Shown here in pieces: positions 1 through 12,941 of a stretch of 64,000 nt of DNA. A program made the position numbers and the translations under genes. The number at the start of each line of letters is the position of its first letter. Position 1 is the first letter of the stretch. Under the pieces are notes generated by a model that was not told where the DNA came from, did no database searches, and was given only the letters and a program-made list of their open reading frames with translations. Origin of the DNA: Eledone cirrhosa (taxonomy: Eukaryota); the NCBI GenBank assembly GCA_964016885.1, contig OZ024743.1, forward strand, positions 359,228,001 to 359,292,000, given 5' to 3'.

Positions 1-239
1 GTGCAAAGACAAAAGGCAGGGTGGACAAGTCAATGTCCTGCCACTAGAAATAGCAGCAGTCCAAACGGCCAAAATTTTATCTCTACTTTAGGTGGAGATC
101 AATAATAATAAAGTATGAATTCCTACGTGTAAACAGACAGAATTATTTCTTTCATCATCCGCTCTCATTTGGGAATAGTCTTGTAGGGCGTCAGTTTGTG
201 ATTTGAACTCGGAAATTTTATATTCTCCGAGGGAGGAGA

Positions 240-320
240 GCCTTCTGAAGATTGCTCCCTTCTCAATGGAATCCGCTTGGATTTTCCGTTTATTTTGGAG
301 CATGAAACCGCGGTAAAGGC
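240..320 (+). ncRNA. Type I hammerhead ribozyme in a PLE pLTR-like end running into (TA)n at ~478
   Basis: Stem I gcctt/aaggc; core CTGAAGA (245-251); stem II tgctcc/ggagca with an inner hairpin; GAAA (304-307); palindromic stem III ACCGCGGT; GUA cleavage triplet. Confidence 0.88.
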
Positions 321-474
321 ACATATAGTAAGCACAGCGAATTTTTTAAAATTTATTTTAAAACTTTTTCTCTATTTGCTAGACCTTGATTTTATATGTT
401 CTGGCTTGTTAATTTATTAACCCGCCATAGAACCACATTGGCATACGGTTGGATAATACTTGTTTCCCTATATG

Positions 475-517
<43 letters not shown>

Positions 518-736
518 GGGGTAACAAATAATAGTTAAATTCAGTCCACTTAGGTAAAGTCCAGTTATGGTATTCCAGGTAGTGGATGATATTAACGCTT
601 GGCTTGGTTTGACTCAACAAGGCGTTTTCATAGTGATGCTGCGGGTATGCCGTAATTCCTATGTTGTAAACACTTGGAGTAATAATAAATCAGGAAAGAA
701 GGTTGACATGGTTTGCTATACAAAAAAGGTTTTTAA

Positions 737-856
737 TCGCATAGCTGACAATTGTTTCTCTGAATTGGTAGGTCTAGAGATCGCTATTCGCTTATTTTCA
801 CGTTACTCGATCGCCAATACAAAATTATAACCAGTCAGATCTTCGGAGCATGCGAG
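737..856 (-). ncRNA. Hammerhead-like ribozyme with variant core CCGAAGA and extended stem II
   Basis: Minus strand reads tcgcatgct-CCGAAGA-tctgactggt...accaattcaga-GAAA-caatt-GTC-agctatgcga; stem I tcgcat-gct/agc-t-atgcga. Confidence 0.7.
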
Positions 857-954
857 AATGAAGAAAATAAACAGGCAAGAAAAGAATATACGGGCTACTA
901 TATGAAGTAGTAATAGCCTGTATATTCTTTTCTTGCCTGTGTATTTTCTTCATT

Positions 955-1074
955 CTCGCATGCTCCGAAGATATGACTGGTTATAATTTTGTATTGGCGA
1001 TCGAGTAACGTGAAAATAAGCGAATAGCGATCTCTAGACCTACCAGTTCAGAGAAACAATTGTCAGCTATGAGA
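955..1074 (+). ncRNA. Hammerhead-like ribozyme with variant core CCGAAGA (inverted copy)
   Basis: CCGAAGA at 965-971, GAAACAATTGTC at 1053-1064, followed by agctatg. Confidence 0.65.
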
Positions 1075-1119
1075 TTAAAACCTTTTTTGTATAGAAAACC
1101 ATGTCAACCTTCTTTCCTG

Positions 1120-2145
<1,026 letters not shown>

Positions 2146-2293
2146 TGTATATATATATATATAGTATACTAGGGAGAGGATCAGGGGTGTATAACACTCC
2201 ACTTATCCAGCAGGCAGTATAAGGTTAGCTCGATGTCTGAGGACAGAGCCGTGATATAATAAATAACAAAGAACGCCTATAGCATATGCATAT

Positions 2294-2351
2294 CTTTACT
2301 TGCTAACATTGTTTCATCCGCACTATAAGTGGGACTCATCAGAGCATAAAG
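2294..2351 (-). ncRNA. Hammerhead ribozyme in the inverted pLTR
   Basis: Reverse complement of 7479-7536. Confidence 0.82.
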
Positions 2352-2734
2352 GTTAATTACATACCATACAAGCAATAACAAATCCAAGACATTGAAGAAT
2401 GAAAAATAATAGAAGATAAAGGATATTAAGGAAGTAAAAGTAAAAATAAGAATAAAAATAAAAATAAAAATAAAAATAAAAATAAAAATAAAAATAAAAA
2501 TAAAAATAAAAATAAAAATAAAAATAAAAATAAAAATAAAAATAAAAATAAAAATAAAAATAAAAATAAAAATAAAAATAAAAATAAAATAATAAAATAA
2601 ACAATGAAAAATATCACGGCTCTGTCCTCAGACATCTAGCTAACCTTATACTGCCTGCTGGATAAGTGTAGTGTTATACACCCCTGATCCTCTCCCTAGT
2701 ATACTATACGGCTCCCACTGGTTGAGCTTAAACT

Positions 2735-5266
2735 TTGATATACGTGGATTTGTGTCCTTGTATATTATCAGGCAGTATGCTAACAAAGACATACTTACCC
2801 ATTTCCTTGAAGAATATTCCCACCCCCCCTAAAATCTCATATGAGAAATCACTGATAACTAGCATAAACTCATTCGTAAAACGTGTTCGGTGGCGTGCGT
2901 TCCATTTTGATAAGAAGTATGATAGCCCTGAAGAGAGGCGTAGTTTTAATAATTATGGATTTAAGACCTATAGGAGCCCCCCGCATAATAGCCTGTTGGA
3001 TAACTTCGAAAGTGAGCTATTATCCCTTGTTAGGAATATTAGATATAAAAAATCTAGATGTACCAATAAATTTCAGAGTAAACTAAGTTCAATCGTTAGG
3101 GACTTTAGGGATAATAAATCCATTCTGGTCCCCTCTGACAAAACTAAAAACTTATATAGTATGGATTATAAAACCTATCGAGGCTTCATTTATAATGAAC
3201 TACATAGGAACTACAAAAAAACAACGCAGAGTAATTTAGATAATATTAATCTGGAGGGGTATAACATAGTGGTAAAACTAGGTCTGGATAAACACACTCA
3301 GCCTTATTACCCCAAGCAGCCTAGATTCACCCTCAAGGACCACAAGGAAGATTTTATTAGCAGACCCTCAGTTAGGCTTATCTGCCCCTCCAAGTCTGAC
3401 CTGGGGATTATTAGTAAGGGAATCTTGGATAGCGTTATTCCCCTGGTTAGGGAAAAAACTTTCCTTGAGCTTTGGGGTAACACTAGTGAGGTCATTAGGT
3501 GGTTCTCTACGGATTGTGGTCGTGACTCACTCAAATTCATCCAATTTGATATTGATGCTTATTATACATCTATATCTCCTATTATCCTCAATAAGGCCCT
3601 TATCCTAGCCATGCAGAGGGGGGCAATTACAAGGCCACAGATAGATATTGTTCTCGCTGCACGTAAAACCATTATCATGTTTGAGGATAATCTATGGACG
3701 AGAAAAAACACACCTGATAATTTTGACATTACTATGGGGTCGAGTGACTCTGCTCAAGTCACCGACTTAGTTGGGCTATACCTCCTCAATGAACTGCATA
3801 GTAACTTCCCTTTCCTTAGGGGCGGGTTGTACCGGGATGACGCCCTACTCTCCATAGATACTAGTAAGTATAATATAGTGCGCATTAGGAAAAAGCTGCA
3901 TAGTTTTTTTAAAACATTTAACCTATCCATTACTATGGATATAAATGATAGAACTGTGAACTTCCTGGATGTTACATTGGACTTGGATAACCATACGTAC
4001 ACACCGTACCATAAGCCTAATGAATTGCTGACTTACGTGAATACTAACTCTAACCACCCTAGGTCGGTCATCAGCGGTATACTGAAGGGCGTATCTAACA
4101 GAATAAGTTCACTCTCACATAGTGAGGAGGCGTTTGACTCGCAGGCTGATTACTATAATGATGCCTTAGCTAGATCCGGCTTTAGGGACAAATTGTATTA
4201 CACCCAGGGAAATAATAGTCCTAATAGTAGCTCTACCAGTGTTGTTATAACACATAATATGTCCATTGGTAATGGAGGTGTCGCGAATGGGAGGGTTCTA
4301 AATGCCGGTGGAATGAAGCAGCAGGGCACCATTAGTCTAAGTAATAGCAATAGAGGTGTCGCGAATGGGAGGTTTCTAAATGCCGGTGGAATGAACCAGC
4401 AGGCCACCATTAGTCTAAATAATAGCAATGGTATGCCTCGCAGCTCCCCGCATAGACTAGGTGAGCATAGTAACCGTAGAAATAATAATGCTAACAATAG
4501 TGATGGAAATAGAAAGAATAAAAAGAATAGAAGAAGATTGAATACATACTTCAACCCCCCTTTTAATTCTGAAGTGGCTATAAATATTCCTAGGGCCTTC
4601 TTCTCTGTGTTAGAAAGGAACTTCCCTCCTGGTAATAGGTACCACTCTATCCTCAATAAGAATGTTGTTAAACTTTCGTATTCTACAACCCAAAATCTGG
4701 CCTCTCATCTGGCCATTACTAATAATAAGAAAATAAAGGAAGGCCTGGACAACCTAAGCCTAGGGGAAAACACGGTAGTGGACAGAGTGGGCAGAAACAC
4801 AAGTGGTGATCATTCTGAGAATAGCATCACCAGAGGTTGTAACTGTAGAAGGGCTTCAGGCTGCCCCCTGAATGGTTTCTGCCTTGTTAGAAACATAGTT
4901 TATGCGTGTGATGTGGTAACTACGGCGTCCACTAAAACCTATATAGGATCAACCTCCACCCCCTTTAAGACCAGGTTTATCTCTCACCAATGCACTTTTA
5001 GACATAATAAACTGAGGAACTCCACCTCCTTGGCAGCGTACGTCCATAATTTAAAAAATGCACGAACACATTACACACTTACTTGGCGGCAGGTTGCTAA
5101 ATCCCATCCATATACTCCTCATAATAGAGTATGTAACCTATGCCTTGCCGAATCCCACTCTATTATATTTGCTAAATGCCCTCTACTAAATAGAAAGTCT
5201 GAAATATTTTCCTCTTGCCCCCACCGAATATTAAGCTCTTTCTTCTACTTTAAACCTGTTAGCTAG
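2735..5266 (+). CDS. PLE polyprotein: reverse transcriptase plus C-terminal GIY-YIG endonuclease (first ATG at 2777); CxCx5C linker resembles the Hydra clade
   Basis: RT motifs IQFDIDAYYTSI, ITMGSSDS, GLYRDDAL, VNFLDVTLDL, YHKPN. Linker CNCRRASGCPLNGFC. Endonuclease motifs NIVY...TYIGST, FKTRFISH, CNLCLAES, LLNRKSE. The frame is uninterrupted for 843 aa. Confidence 0.95.
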   Translation: MIYVDLCPCILSGSMLTKTYLPISLKNIPTPPKISYEKSLITSINSFVKRVRWRAFHFDKKYDSPEERRSFNNYGFKTYRSPPHNSLLDNFESELLSLVRNIRYKKSRCTNKFQSKLSSIVRDFRDNKSILVPSDKTKNLYSMDYKTYRGFIYNELHRNYKKTTQSNLDNINLEGYNIVVKLGLDKHTQPYYPKQPRFTLKDHKEDFISRPSVRLICPSKSDLGIISKGILDSVIPLVREKTFLELWGNTSEVIRWFSTDCGRDSLKFIQFDIDAYYTSISPIILNKALILAMQRGAITRPQIDIVLAARKTIIMFEDNLWTRKNTPDNFDITMGSSDSAQVTDLVGLYLLNELHSNFPFLRGGLYRDDALLSIDTSKYNIVRIRKKLHSFFKTFNLSITMDINDRTVNFLDVTLDLDNHTYTPYHKPNELLTYVNTNSNHPRSVISGILKGVSNRISSLSHSEEAFDSQADYYNDALARSGFRDKLYYTQGNNSPNSSSTSVVITHNMSIGNGGVANGRVLNAGGMKQQGTISLSNSNRGVANGRFLNAGGMNQQATISLNNSNGMPRSSPHRLGEHSNRRNNNANNSDGNRKNKKNRRRLNTYFNPPFNSEVAINIPRAFFSVLERNFPPGNRYHSILNKNVVKLSYSTTQNLASHLAITNNKKIKEGLDNLSLGENTVVDRVGRNTSGDHSENSITRGCNCRRASGCPLNGFCLVRNIVYACDVVTTASTKTYIGSTSTPFKTRFISHQCTFRHNKLRNSTSLAAYVHNLKNARTHYTLTWRQVAKSHPYTPHNRVCNLCLAESHSIIFAKCPLLNRKSEIFSSCPHRILSSFFYFKPVS

Positions 5267-6521
5267 CACTTCCTTATTTCTCCAGTTGGGCTATCTTGTG
5301 TAACTGTCTCTGATTGTGTGTAACTGTCTCCTATTGTTGGTCTTCTATGTATATGAGTCGGTGAGTGTATACGTATGCCTGCGGGAGGATATTGATCTGG
5401 ATATTGGGGTGTACAGGTGAGTGGGTGTGTATGTTAATAAGCACCCCTGTTTGGCACAGCGGATGTAACCCATCCACGCTCGCCTACCCACCATTGGTGC
5501 ATTGGTGGGTCTATCCTGACGTATATCTTGTGGATCTGTACCTCTGTATGCGCATGAGTTGTGATGTAATGTATCTATGTAGAGCGTGTACTGTGATATA
5601 GGCTGCACTAATAGAAATTTAGCCTGTAACTGTGGGCGGACCTGTGCCATCCCGCCGTAAGCAGTAGATACGTGGCGCATGTACGTGTTGCCCTCATATT
5701 CTGTGGTTTAAGATCTACAGGCTGACTTCTGGGAGCTCTTGCCCGGGGTTGTAGTCTTTCTAGCACGATCGGCCTTCCATATATTGACGGTCGTTGTTAT
5801 GATCCCGAAAGTAACGTTTTGGCCCCGATAGCCCTCCGTAGTTACTAACGGTCTGTGTACACTTGAATCGGGCAATGGCACGTGCGGACATGATTATCTC
5901 CGTAGGAATTCAACTTTATTTTACTACATCTCATCGTATGTATTTATTTTGAATGTATTATCCGTGGTGGTGGGTCTTGCCTAATGTGGTATTTCGGTGT
6001 TTAATATCAGCTTTGACCCGGGTGTCCTACGCTGTGTGTGTGTGCGTGTGTGTCTGTGTATACATTTATATGTGTATGGGTATAGGTGGTTGTATATGTC
6101 TGTATATAAAAAAATATATATATATATATGTATACCGTCTCTGCTTATGCATGTGGTGTGTATATGTGCATATACGTGCTGAACATATTGATGTGTACAA
6201 TCTTGTGATGTCCCAATGCGGTGACTTCATGGCTCTTGAAGCTATTTTTTATATATTTTTTATATATCTTTTGTCTTTTTATATATCTTTTGTATGCGCT
6301 CCAACTGTGTCTGCTTGCTTTGGCTAACCCGCCTGCACCTCGCTTGCTACTGCACGTGAATTCTCCTACCTTCCTTCGATGCACCTCTGTTTGACCATTG
6401 GACTCCTGCCCGGGTGTGAACCGGTTTGTGATTACCCCACCGCTCAACTGTGTGAATGCACACCCGTGACTTTCGAGTGAACTTTTGAGACTGCCCAACC
6501 TGGGACGCCTCCATTGCCTTG

Positions 6522-6685
6522 CAATGGTCAAGTGATACTGCTGACTGTGACACTTAGTGCCTCCGTGGGCCCCTGATATTTTCAAGAAATATATTTTAAA
6601 AAAATGGTCAAGTGATACAGATAACTGTGACACTTAGTGCCTTCGTGGGCCCCTGATATATTCAAGAGATATATTCTAAAAAAAT
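6522..6685 (+). repeat. ~80-bp tandem duplication in the PLE 3' region
   Basis: aatggtcaagtgatac...ctgtgacacttagtgcc..cgtgggcccctgatat.ttcaaga occurs twice in succession. Confidence 0.85.
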
Positions 6686-6816
6686 ATATATCTTATCTCA
6701 ATTTACTTTATTTCATTTTATTTTATTTTATTTCATTTCATTTTATCTAATTTTATTTATTTACTTATTTAATTTCACTTAATTTCATTTATTTATTTAT
6801 TTATTTATTTATTTAC

Positions 6817-6856
<40 letters not shown>

Positions 6857-7478
6857 ATTTAATTTTAATTTTAATTTTATATATTTATTTGATTTTATTT
6901 ATTTATTTATTTATTTATTTAATTACATTTAATTATATCTTATATTATATTATTTTACTTTAGTCTATTTTATTTTATTTTAGTTTACCTTATTTTATCT
7001 TATTTTATGATTATATTATATTATGTTCTATTTTATATAATTTTAATTTTAATTTTATATTATTTTATTTCATTCCTTACCCTGTATCACTATTATCTGT
7101 ATATTTTATATTTTATATGTAAGTTTGTTATATATTTCTTTATATTTTCTTATATATATTATAAGTCTGTTTTTCACCTATTTTTTACCTACTCTTACCT
7201 AATCCTATCTATCATATCTACTCTTGTCTGTTCTCTTATCCATGTGTATGCTTGTATGTAACTATATGTTGACAGCACCCCGCCCAACTGTGACTGATAG
7301 CAACCCTTTATTTTTCATTATTTTTCATTGTTTATTTTATTATTTTATTTTTATTTTTATTTTTATTTTTATTTTTATTCTTATTTTTACTTTTACTTCC
7401 TTAATATCCTTTATCTTCTATTATTTTTCATTCTTCAATGTCTTGGATTTGTTATTGCTTGTATGGTATGTAATTAAC

Positions 7479-7536
7479 CTTTATGCTCTGATGAGTCCCA
7501 CTTATAGTGCGGATGAAACAATGTTAGCAAGTAAAG
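7479..7536 (+). ncRNA. Hammerhead ribozyme in the 3' pLTR
   Basis: cttta-tgct-CTGATGA-gtcc-cacttatagtgc-ggat-GAAA-caat-GTT-agca-ag-taaag. Confidence 0.82.
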
Positions 7537-7571
7537 ATATGCATATGCTATAGGCGTTCTTTGTTATTTAT

Positions 7572-7628
<57 letters not shown>

Positions 7629-7700
7629 CACACACATATATATATACACACATATATATATACACACATATATGTATGTATGTATGTATATATATATATG

Positions 7701-7826
<126 letters not shown>

Positions 7827-7842
7827 TACATATATATGTATA

Positions 7843-7915
<73 letters not shown>

Positions 7916-8065
7916 ATATATATTTAAAGGTTAAACAAGGTTCAATGAATAAATCAATGAATAAAGTTTTACAATAGATTAGAAGCACTCCAAAGATTTT
8001 GTTTTCCGGAGTTATTAATATTAATTCAAAATATTAACAAAAATAGAGATTCGTGTGATCAAGTA

Positions 8066-8132
8066 TATTTTATTATACATATTTCAGAGGTACTGAGTTA
8101 ACTTCAACAGTACGTCCTCATCAGATAAAATA
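8066..8132 (-). ncRNA. Hammerhead ribozyme
   Basis: tattttat-CTGATGA-ggacgtactg...cagtacctct-GAAA-tatgt-ATA-ataaaata. Confidence 0.8.
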
Positions 8133-8662
8133 AGATGATGCATAACATACCTTGACTAAGTAGATGGTTAAAATTCAGTCATGTCAGTGAATAAGATATG
8201 ACAAAACTCAATATTTATATACCTTAAGATTGAGACATGAAAAAATTACATATAATAATACAATACAAATCTCCCTCCCTATATTTTATACTATAAACAT
8301 TATTTTCTCCTCCTATCCTCTCTATTCTTAATCCATTGTCTTTTGCTTTCGTGCATAAGATATTTCTATACTTCTAGTAACTCTCTTTTTCCTCATCTGT
8401 TTTTCTCTCTGTCTTTCACTTCTTCTTTCTTCAATAATTTAAATTATTTGAATCTCTAACAGTTATGTAAGTTTGTATTATATTAGTAGTTGTTTATTAT
8501 TATGTATCTTTATAAGCTTTATCACACGCACCCTCTGTATTATATGTAATTTTTTCATGTCTCAATCTTAAGGTATATAAATATTGAGTTTTGTCATATC
8601 TTATTCACTGCCATGACTGAATTTGAACCATCTACTTAGTCAGGGTATGTCATGCATCATCT

Positions 8663-8729
8663 TATTTTATCTGATGAGAACGTACTGTTGAAGATAGCTC
8701 AGTACCTCTGAAATTTGTGTAATGAAATA
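8663..8729 (+). ncRNA. Hammerhead ribozyme (diverged inverted copy)
   Basis: CTGATGA at 8671-8677, GAAA at 8710-8713, stem I tattttat/atgaaata. Confidence 0.7.
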
Positions 8730-8852
8730 TACTTGATCACACGAATGTCTATTTTTGTTAATATTTTGAATTAATATAAATATATATATATACACATATA
8801 TATGTGTGTATATATATATATATATATACATATATATGTATGTATATATATA

Positions 8853-8917
<65 letters not shown>

Positions 8918-8958
8918 GTGTATATATATATGTATATATATATATATATGTGTATATA

Positions 8959-9038
<80 letters not shown>

Positions 9039-9117
9039 TATATACATATATATACATATATATATAAATATATATATACATATATATATTTACATATATG
9101 TATACATATATATACAC

Positions 9118-9148
<31 letters not shown>

Positions 9149-9167
9149 CATATATATAAATATATAC

Positions 9168-9201
<34 letters not shown>

Positions 9202-9230
9202 ATACATATATATACATACATATATATATA

Positions 9231-11636
9231 GATAATTTAATATATCAACTAACATAAGCGCACAGATGCACGCCCATGCCAGCAAATACACAGGTTATGT
9301 CATAGTACCTAGGTGGTTCAATGCAGGAGAATGCAGAACAATAATATAAAGGACGTAAAATAAGAAAATATCTTTTTAAAAAAATTTAAAAAAAATTTTT
9401 TACTTACTTAAATTTTCACTCCAACTAATTAGTTTCTGCAATGGGATAAAGACAGTTACGTAATCCAACTGTCGAGAATTCATTGCGTCATCAGGGAGTC
9501 TATTCTCAGTTAAGTCTCCAGGCAATGCGCGGACACTGGCGGCTCATATAAAAATAATAATAGTTCGGTAGATCGAACAGCTTGCGAGGACTGGATTCTA
9601 TGTACCGAAATTCTCACTGCTTCAAGTCAAATGGCCGATTCTAAAGAATCAATCACGTGACACAGAGGCTAGTTAGAAGGAATGGGATGGTAAGATGACT
9701 GACGCCTACTAACACCCCAAAAAAAAATTTTTTTAGAAGTGGTTTTGACAAGTTTGCTCGACAAATCAGTGATTTGGAGATAAATATAGATAATTTAATA
9801 TATCAACTAACATAAGCGCACAGATGCACGCCCATGCCAGCAAATACACAGGTTATGTCATAGTACCTAGGTGGTTCAATGCAGGAGAATGCAGAACAAT
9901 AATATAAAGGACGTAAAATAAGAAAATATCTTTTTAAAAAAATTAAAAAAAAATTTTTTACTTACTTAAATTTACACTCCAACTAATTAGTTTCTGCAAT
10001 GGGATAAAGACAGTTACGTAATCCAACTGTCGAGAATTCATTGCGTCATCAGGGAGTCTATTCTCAGTTAAGTCTCCAGGCAATGCGCGGACACTGGCGG
10101 CTCATATAAAAATAATAATAGTTCGGTAGATCGAACAGCTTGCGAGGACTGGATTCTATGTACCGAAATTCTCACTGCTTCAAGTCAAATGGCCGATTCT
10201 AAAGAATCAATCACGTGACACAGAGGCTAGTTAGAAGGAATGGGATGGTAAGATGACTGACGCCTACTAACACCCCAAAAAAAAATTTTTTTAGAAGTGG
10301 TTTTGACAAGTTTGCTCGACAAATCAGTGATTTGGAGATAAATATAGATAATTTAATATATCAACTAACATAAGCGCACAGATGCACGCCCATGCCAGCA
10401 AATACACAGGTTATGTCATAGTACCTAGGTGGTTCAATGCAGGAGAATGCAGAACAATAATATAAAGGACGTAAAATAAGAAAATATCTTTTAAAAAAAA
10501 TTAAAAAAAAATTTTTTACTTACTTAAATTTACACTCCAACTAATTAGTTTCTGCAATGGGATAAAGACAGTTACGTAATCCAACTGTCGAGAATTCATT
10601 GCGTCATCAGGGAGTCTATTCTCAGTTAAGTCTCCAGGCAATGCGCGGACACTGGCGGCTCATATAAAAATAATAATAGTTCGGTAGATCGAACAGCTTG
10701 CGAGGACTGGATTCTATGTACCGAAATTCTCACTGCTTCAAGTCAAATGGCCGATTCTAAAGAATCAATCACGTGACACAGAGGCTAGTTAGAAGGAATG
10801 GGATGGTAAGATGACTGACGCCTACTAACACCCCAAAAAAAAATTTTTTTAGAAGTGGTTTTGACAAGTTTGCTCGACAAATCAGTGATTTGGAGATAAA
10901 TATAGATAATTTAATATATCAACTAACATAAGCGCACAGATGCACGCCCATGCCAGCAAATACACATGTTATGTCATAGTACCTAGGTGGTTCAATGCAG
11001 GAGAATGCAGAACAATAATATAAAGGACGTAAAATAAGAAAATATCTTTTTAAAAAAATTTAAAAAAAATTTTTTACTTACTTAAATTTTCACTCCAACT
11101 AATTAGTTTCTGCAATGGGATAAAGACAGTTACGTAATCCAACTGTCGAGAATTCATTGCGTCATCAGGGAGTCTATTCTCAGTTAAGTCTCCAGGCAAT
11201 GCGCGGACACTGGCGGCTCATATAAAAATAATAATAGTTCGGTAGATCGAACAGCTTGCGAGGACTGGATTCTATGTACCGAAATTCTCACTGCTTCAAG
11301 TCAAATGGCCGATTCTAAAGAATCAATCACGTGACACAGAGGCTAGTTAGAAGGAATGGGATGGTAAGATGACTGACGCCTACTAACACCCCAAAAAAAA
11401 ATTTTTTTAGAAGTGGTTTTGACAAGTTTGCTCGACAAATCAGTGATTTGGAGATAAATATAGATAATTTAATATATCAACTAACATAAGCGCACAGATG
11501 CACGCCCATGCCAGCAAATACACAGGTTATGTCATAGTACCTAGGTGGTTCAATGCAGGAGAATGCAGAACAATAATATAAAGGACGTAAAATAAGAAAA
11601 TATCTTTTTAAAAAAATTAAAAAAAATTTTTTTACT
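9231..11636 (-). mobile_element. Tandem array of ~4.3 near-identical 558-bp non-coding units with one HHR each (non-LTR retrozyme-like)
   Basis: Units start (gataatttaatatatc) at 9231, 9789, 10347, 10905 and 11463. No ORF. Minus-strand HHRs at 9418, 9976, 10534 and 11092. Confidence 0.88.
9418..9499 (-). ncRNA. Hammerhead ribozyme of the 558-bp unit (further copies at 9976-10057, 10534-10615, 11092-11173)
   Basis: actcc-CTGATGA-c-gcaatg...[gacagtt/aactgtc hairpin]...cattgc-a-GAAA-ctaatta-GTT-ggagt; palindromic stem III ACTAATTAGT. Confidence 0.88.
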
Positions 11637-12941
11637 CCTAAACAAGAAAGATGAACTGGTTACTGCATGTAAACATAGATTGCGTAGGACTTACCTCGCC
11701 CTCAAACCCCATAATGACCCGGGGGGGTAGACTAGGGCTATAACACCCCACTTGCCGATTTTGCAATGGGTAACCCCTGCTTGCCAAGGGAGATGTAAGA
11801 TCTTCTTTGTATTCTTTTATCGCTTCCTTTATTTCCTTCCCCCCTCTCTCCTTAGTCCTTCTACCCCAGCTCTTCTCCTTTGTCGGCGTCTTTTCTCGCC
11901 CACCCGAGGCTGCCCTTTGGCCCCTTGTAGCCTTAGTACCCCCACCCCTCCCCTAGTCTATGATAGATTTGGCGGACTCCGCCCTTTATAGCAGTTGGTT
12001 TAGACCCCGGATACTTGTCCCCTTTTTCCGACCGCTCCCACTATTCTCTGTGCCCTCGATATTTCTTAGTGGCACTTATGCCTTATTTTTTCGTTTCAGT
12101 ATTTCTTTCTTCGCTTTTCTTTTGGGCGGGGTGGATTCTGAATTTATTTTTCCGTATTCTACCTTTACTTCGTACGAACTTTCATGTAGCTTGTTTCAGA
12201 TCTTTTAGAGTTAGCATTAGTATATATTTTTCTCGGGACTCAGAATTATTATCTCGTACTAGTTCACTTTGCTGCACTGGGTGGTTGCTGGCATTGTGCC
12301 CAGGATGGAAACCTTTATTGTTTATTTCGTGGTAGTCTCTTTAGTATTTTGGCCCCTTTTGTTGACCCGTCACCGTATCATTTACGTACTTATACCTCTT
12401 AAAAGGGTCCTTGCCTATTTCGTCCCACCTAGTTCTTTTACTTATTTCGTTATTTCTTTATTTCTTTCTTTACTTCTTTCTTTCTTTCTTTATTTATTTA
12501 TTCTAGCCTAACAATAGCTAGAGACCTAGGTCGTAGAATTTACTTTACTTTTTTCTTTACACTTATTTGCTTTTCTTCACTCTCAGTATTTTTTCTTTCC
12601 TATATATTTCTACCCCCCATTGTTCTACCTACCGTTCCGACTTCCTCCCCCTCCCCCTCCCCTGTATCTTCTTTGACCTCATGCCCAGCTGTAGCTGGCA
12701 CTACCAACGCTTGATTGGGTCTACTCCACCCCCCCCTCTTTCTCCTACTGGCAGGTTTAGCCACCATCTCCCCTACTAATTTGCAACCACAGAATTACTA
12801 CTGATTTTTGACAATCACTTTGAACATATATGGAATTACCCCTTCAGAAGATCGGCTATTTAAATACCAGGATAAATTTTCATTTAGTCCAGAATTAGCC
12901 GTCGAAACGGCTTGAGCTCAGCTGTCGGGGTCTTACTGGTT

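Larger units (their letters stand above)
2162..7575 (+). mobile_element. Full-length Penelope-like element with inverted 5' pLTR, inserted in (TA)n
   Basis: 2257-2610 is the reverse complement of 7321-7575, and 2162-2256 is the reverse complement of 2611-2707. Contains an intact RT plus GIY-YIG ORF, a ~2.3-kb 3' region, and an HHR in both pLTR copies. Confidence 0.93.
7925..8778. mobile_element. Head-to-head pLTR insertion with ~245-bp arms and two HHRs
   Basis: About 8015-8260 is the reverse complement of about 8537-8778, somewhat diverged. Flanked by (TA)n. Confidence 0.8.

Noticed and set aside
88-830. ORFs 88-324 and 567-830 as genes
   Set aside because: They have no recognisable motifs and overlap HHR-bearing non-coding termini.
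2440-2600. (TAAAAA)n run as a telomeric repeat
   Set aside because: It is an expanded simple repeat inside the inverted pLTR; its shorter counterpart is at about 7340-7395.
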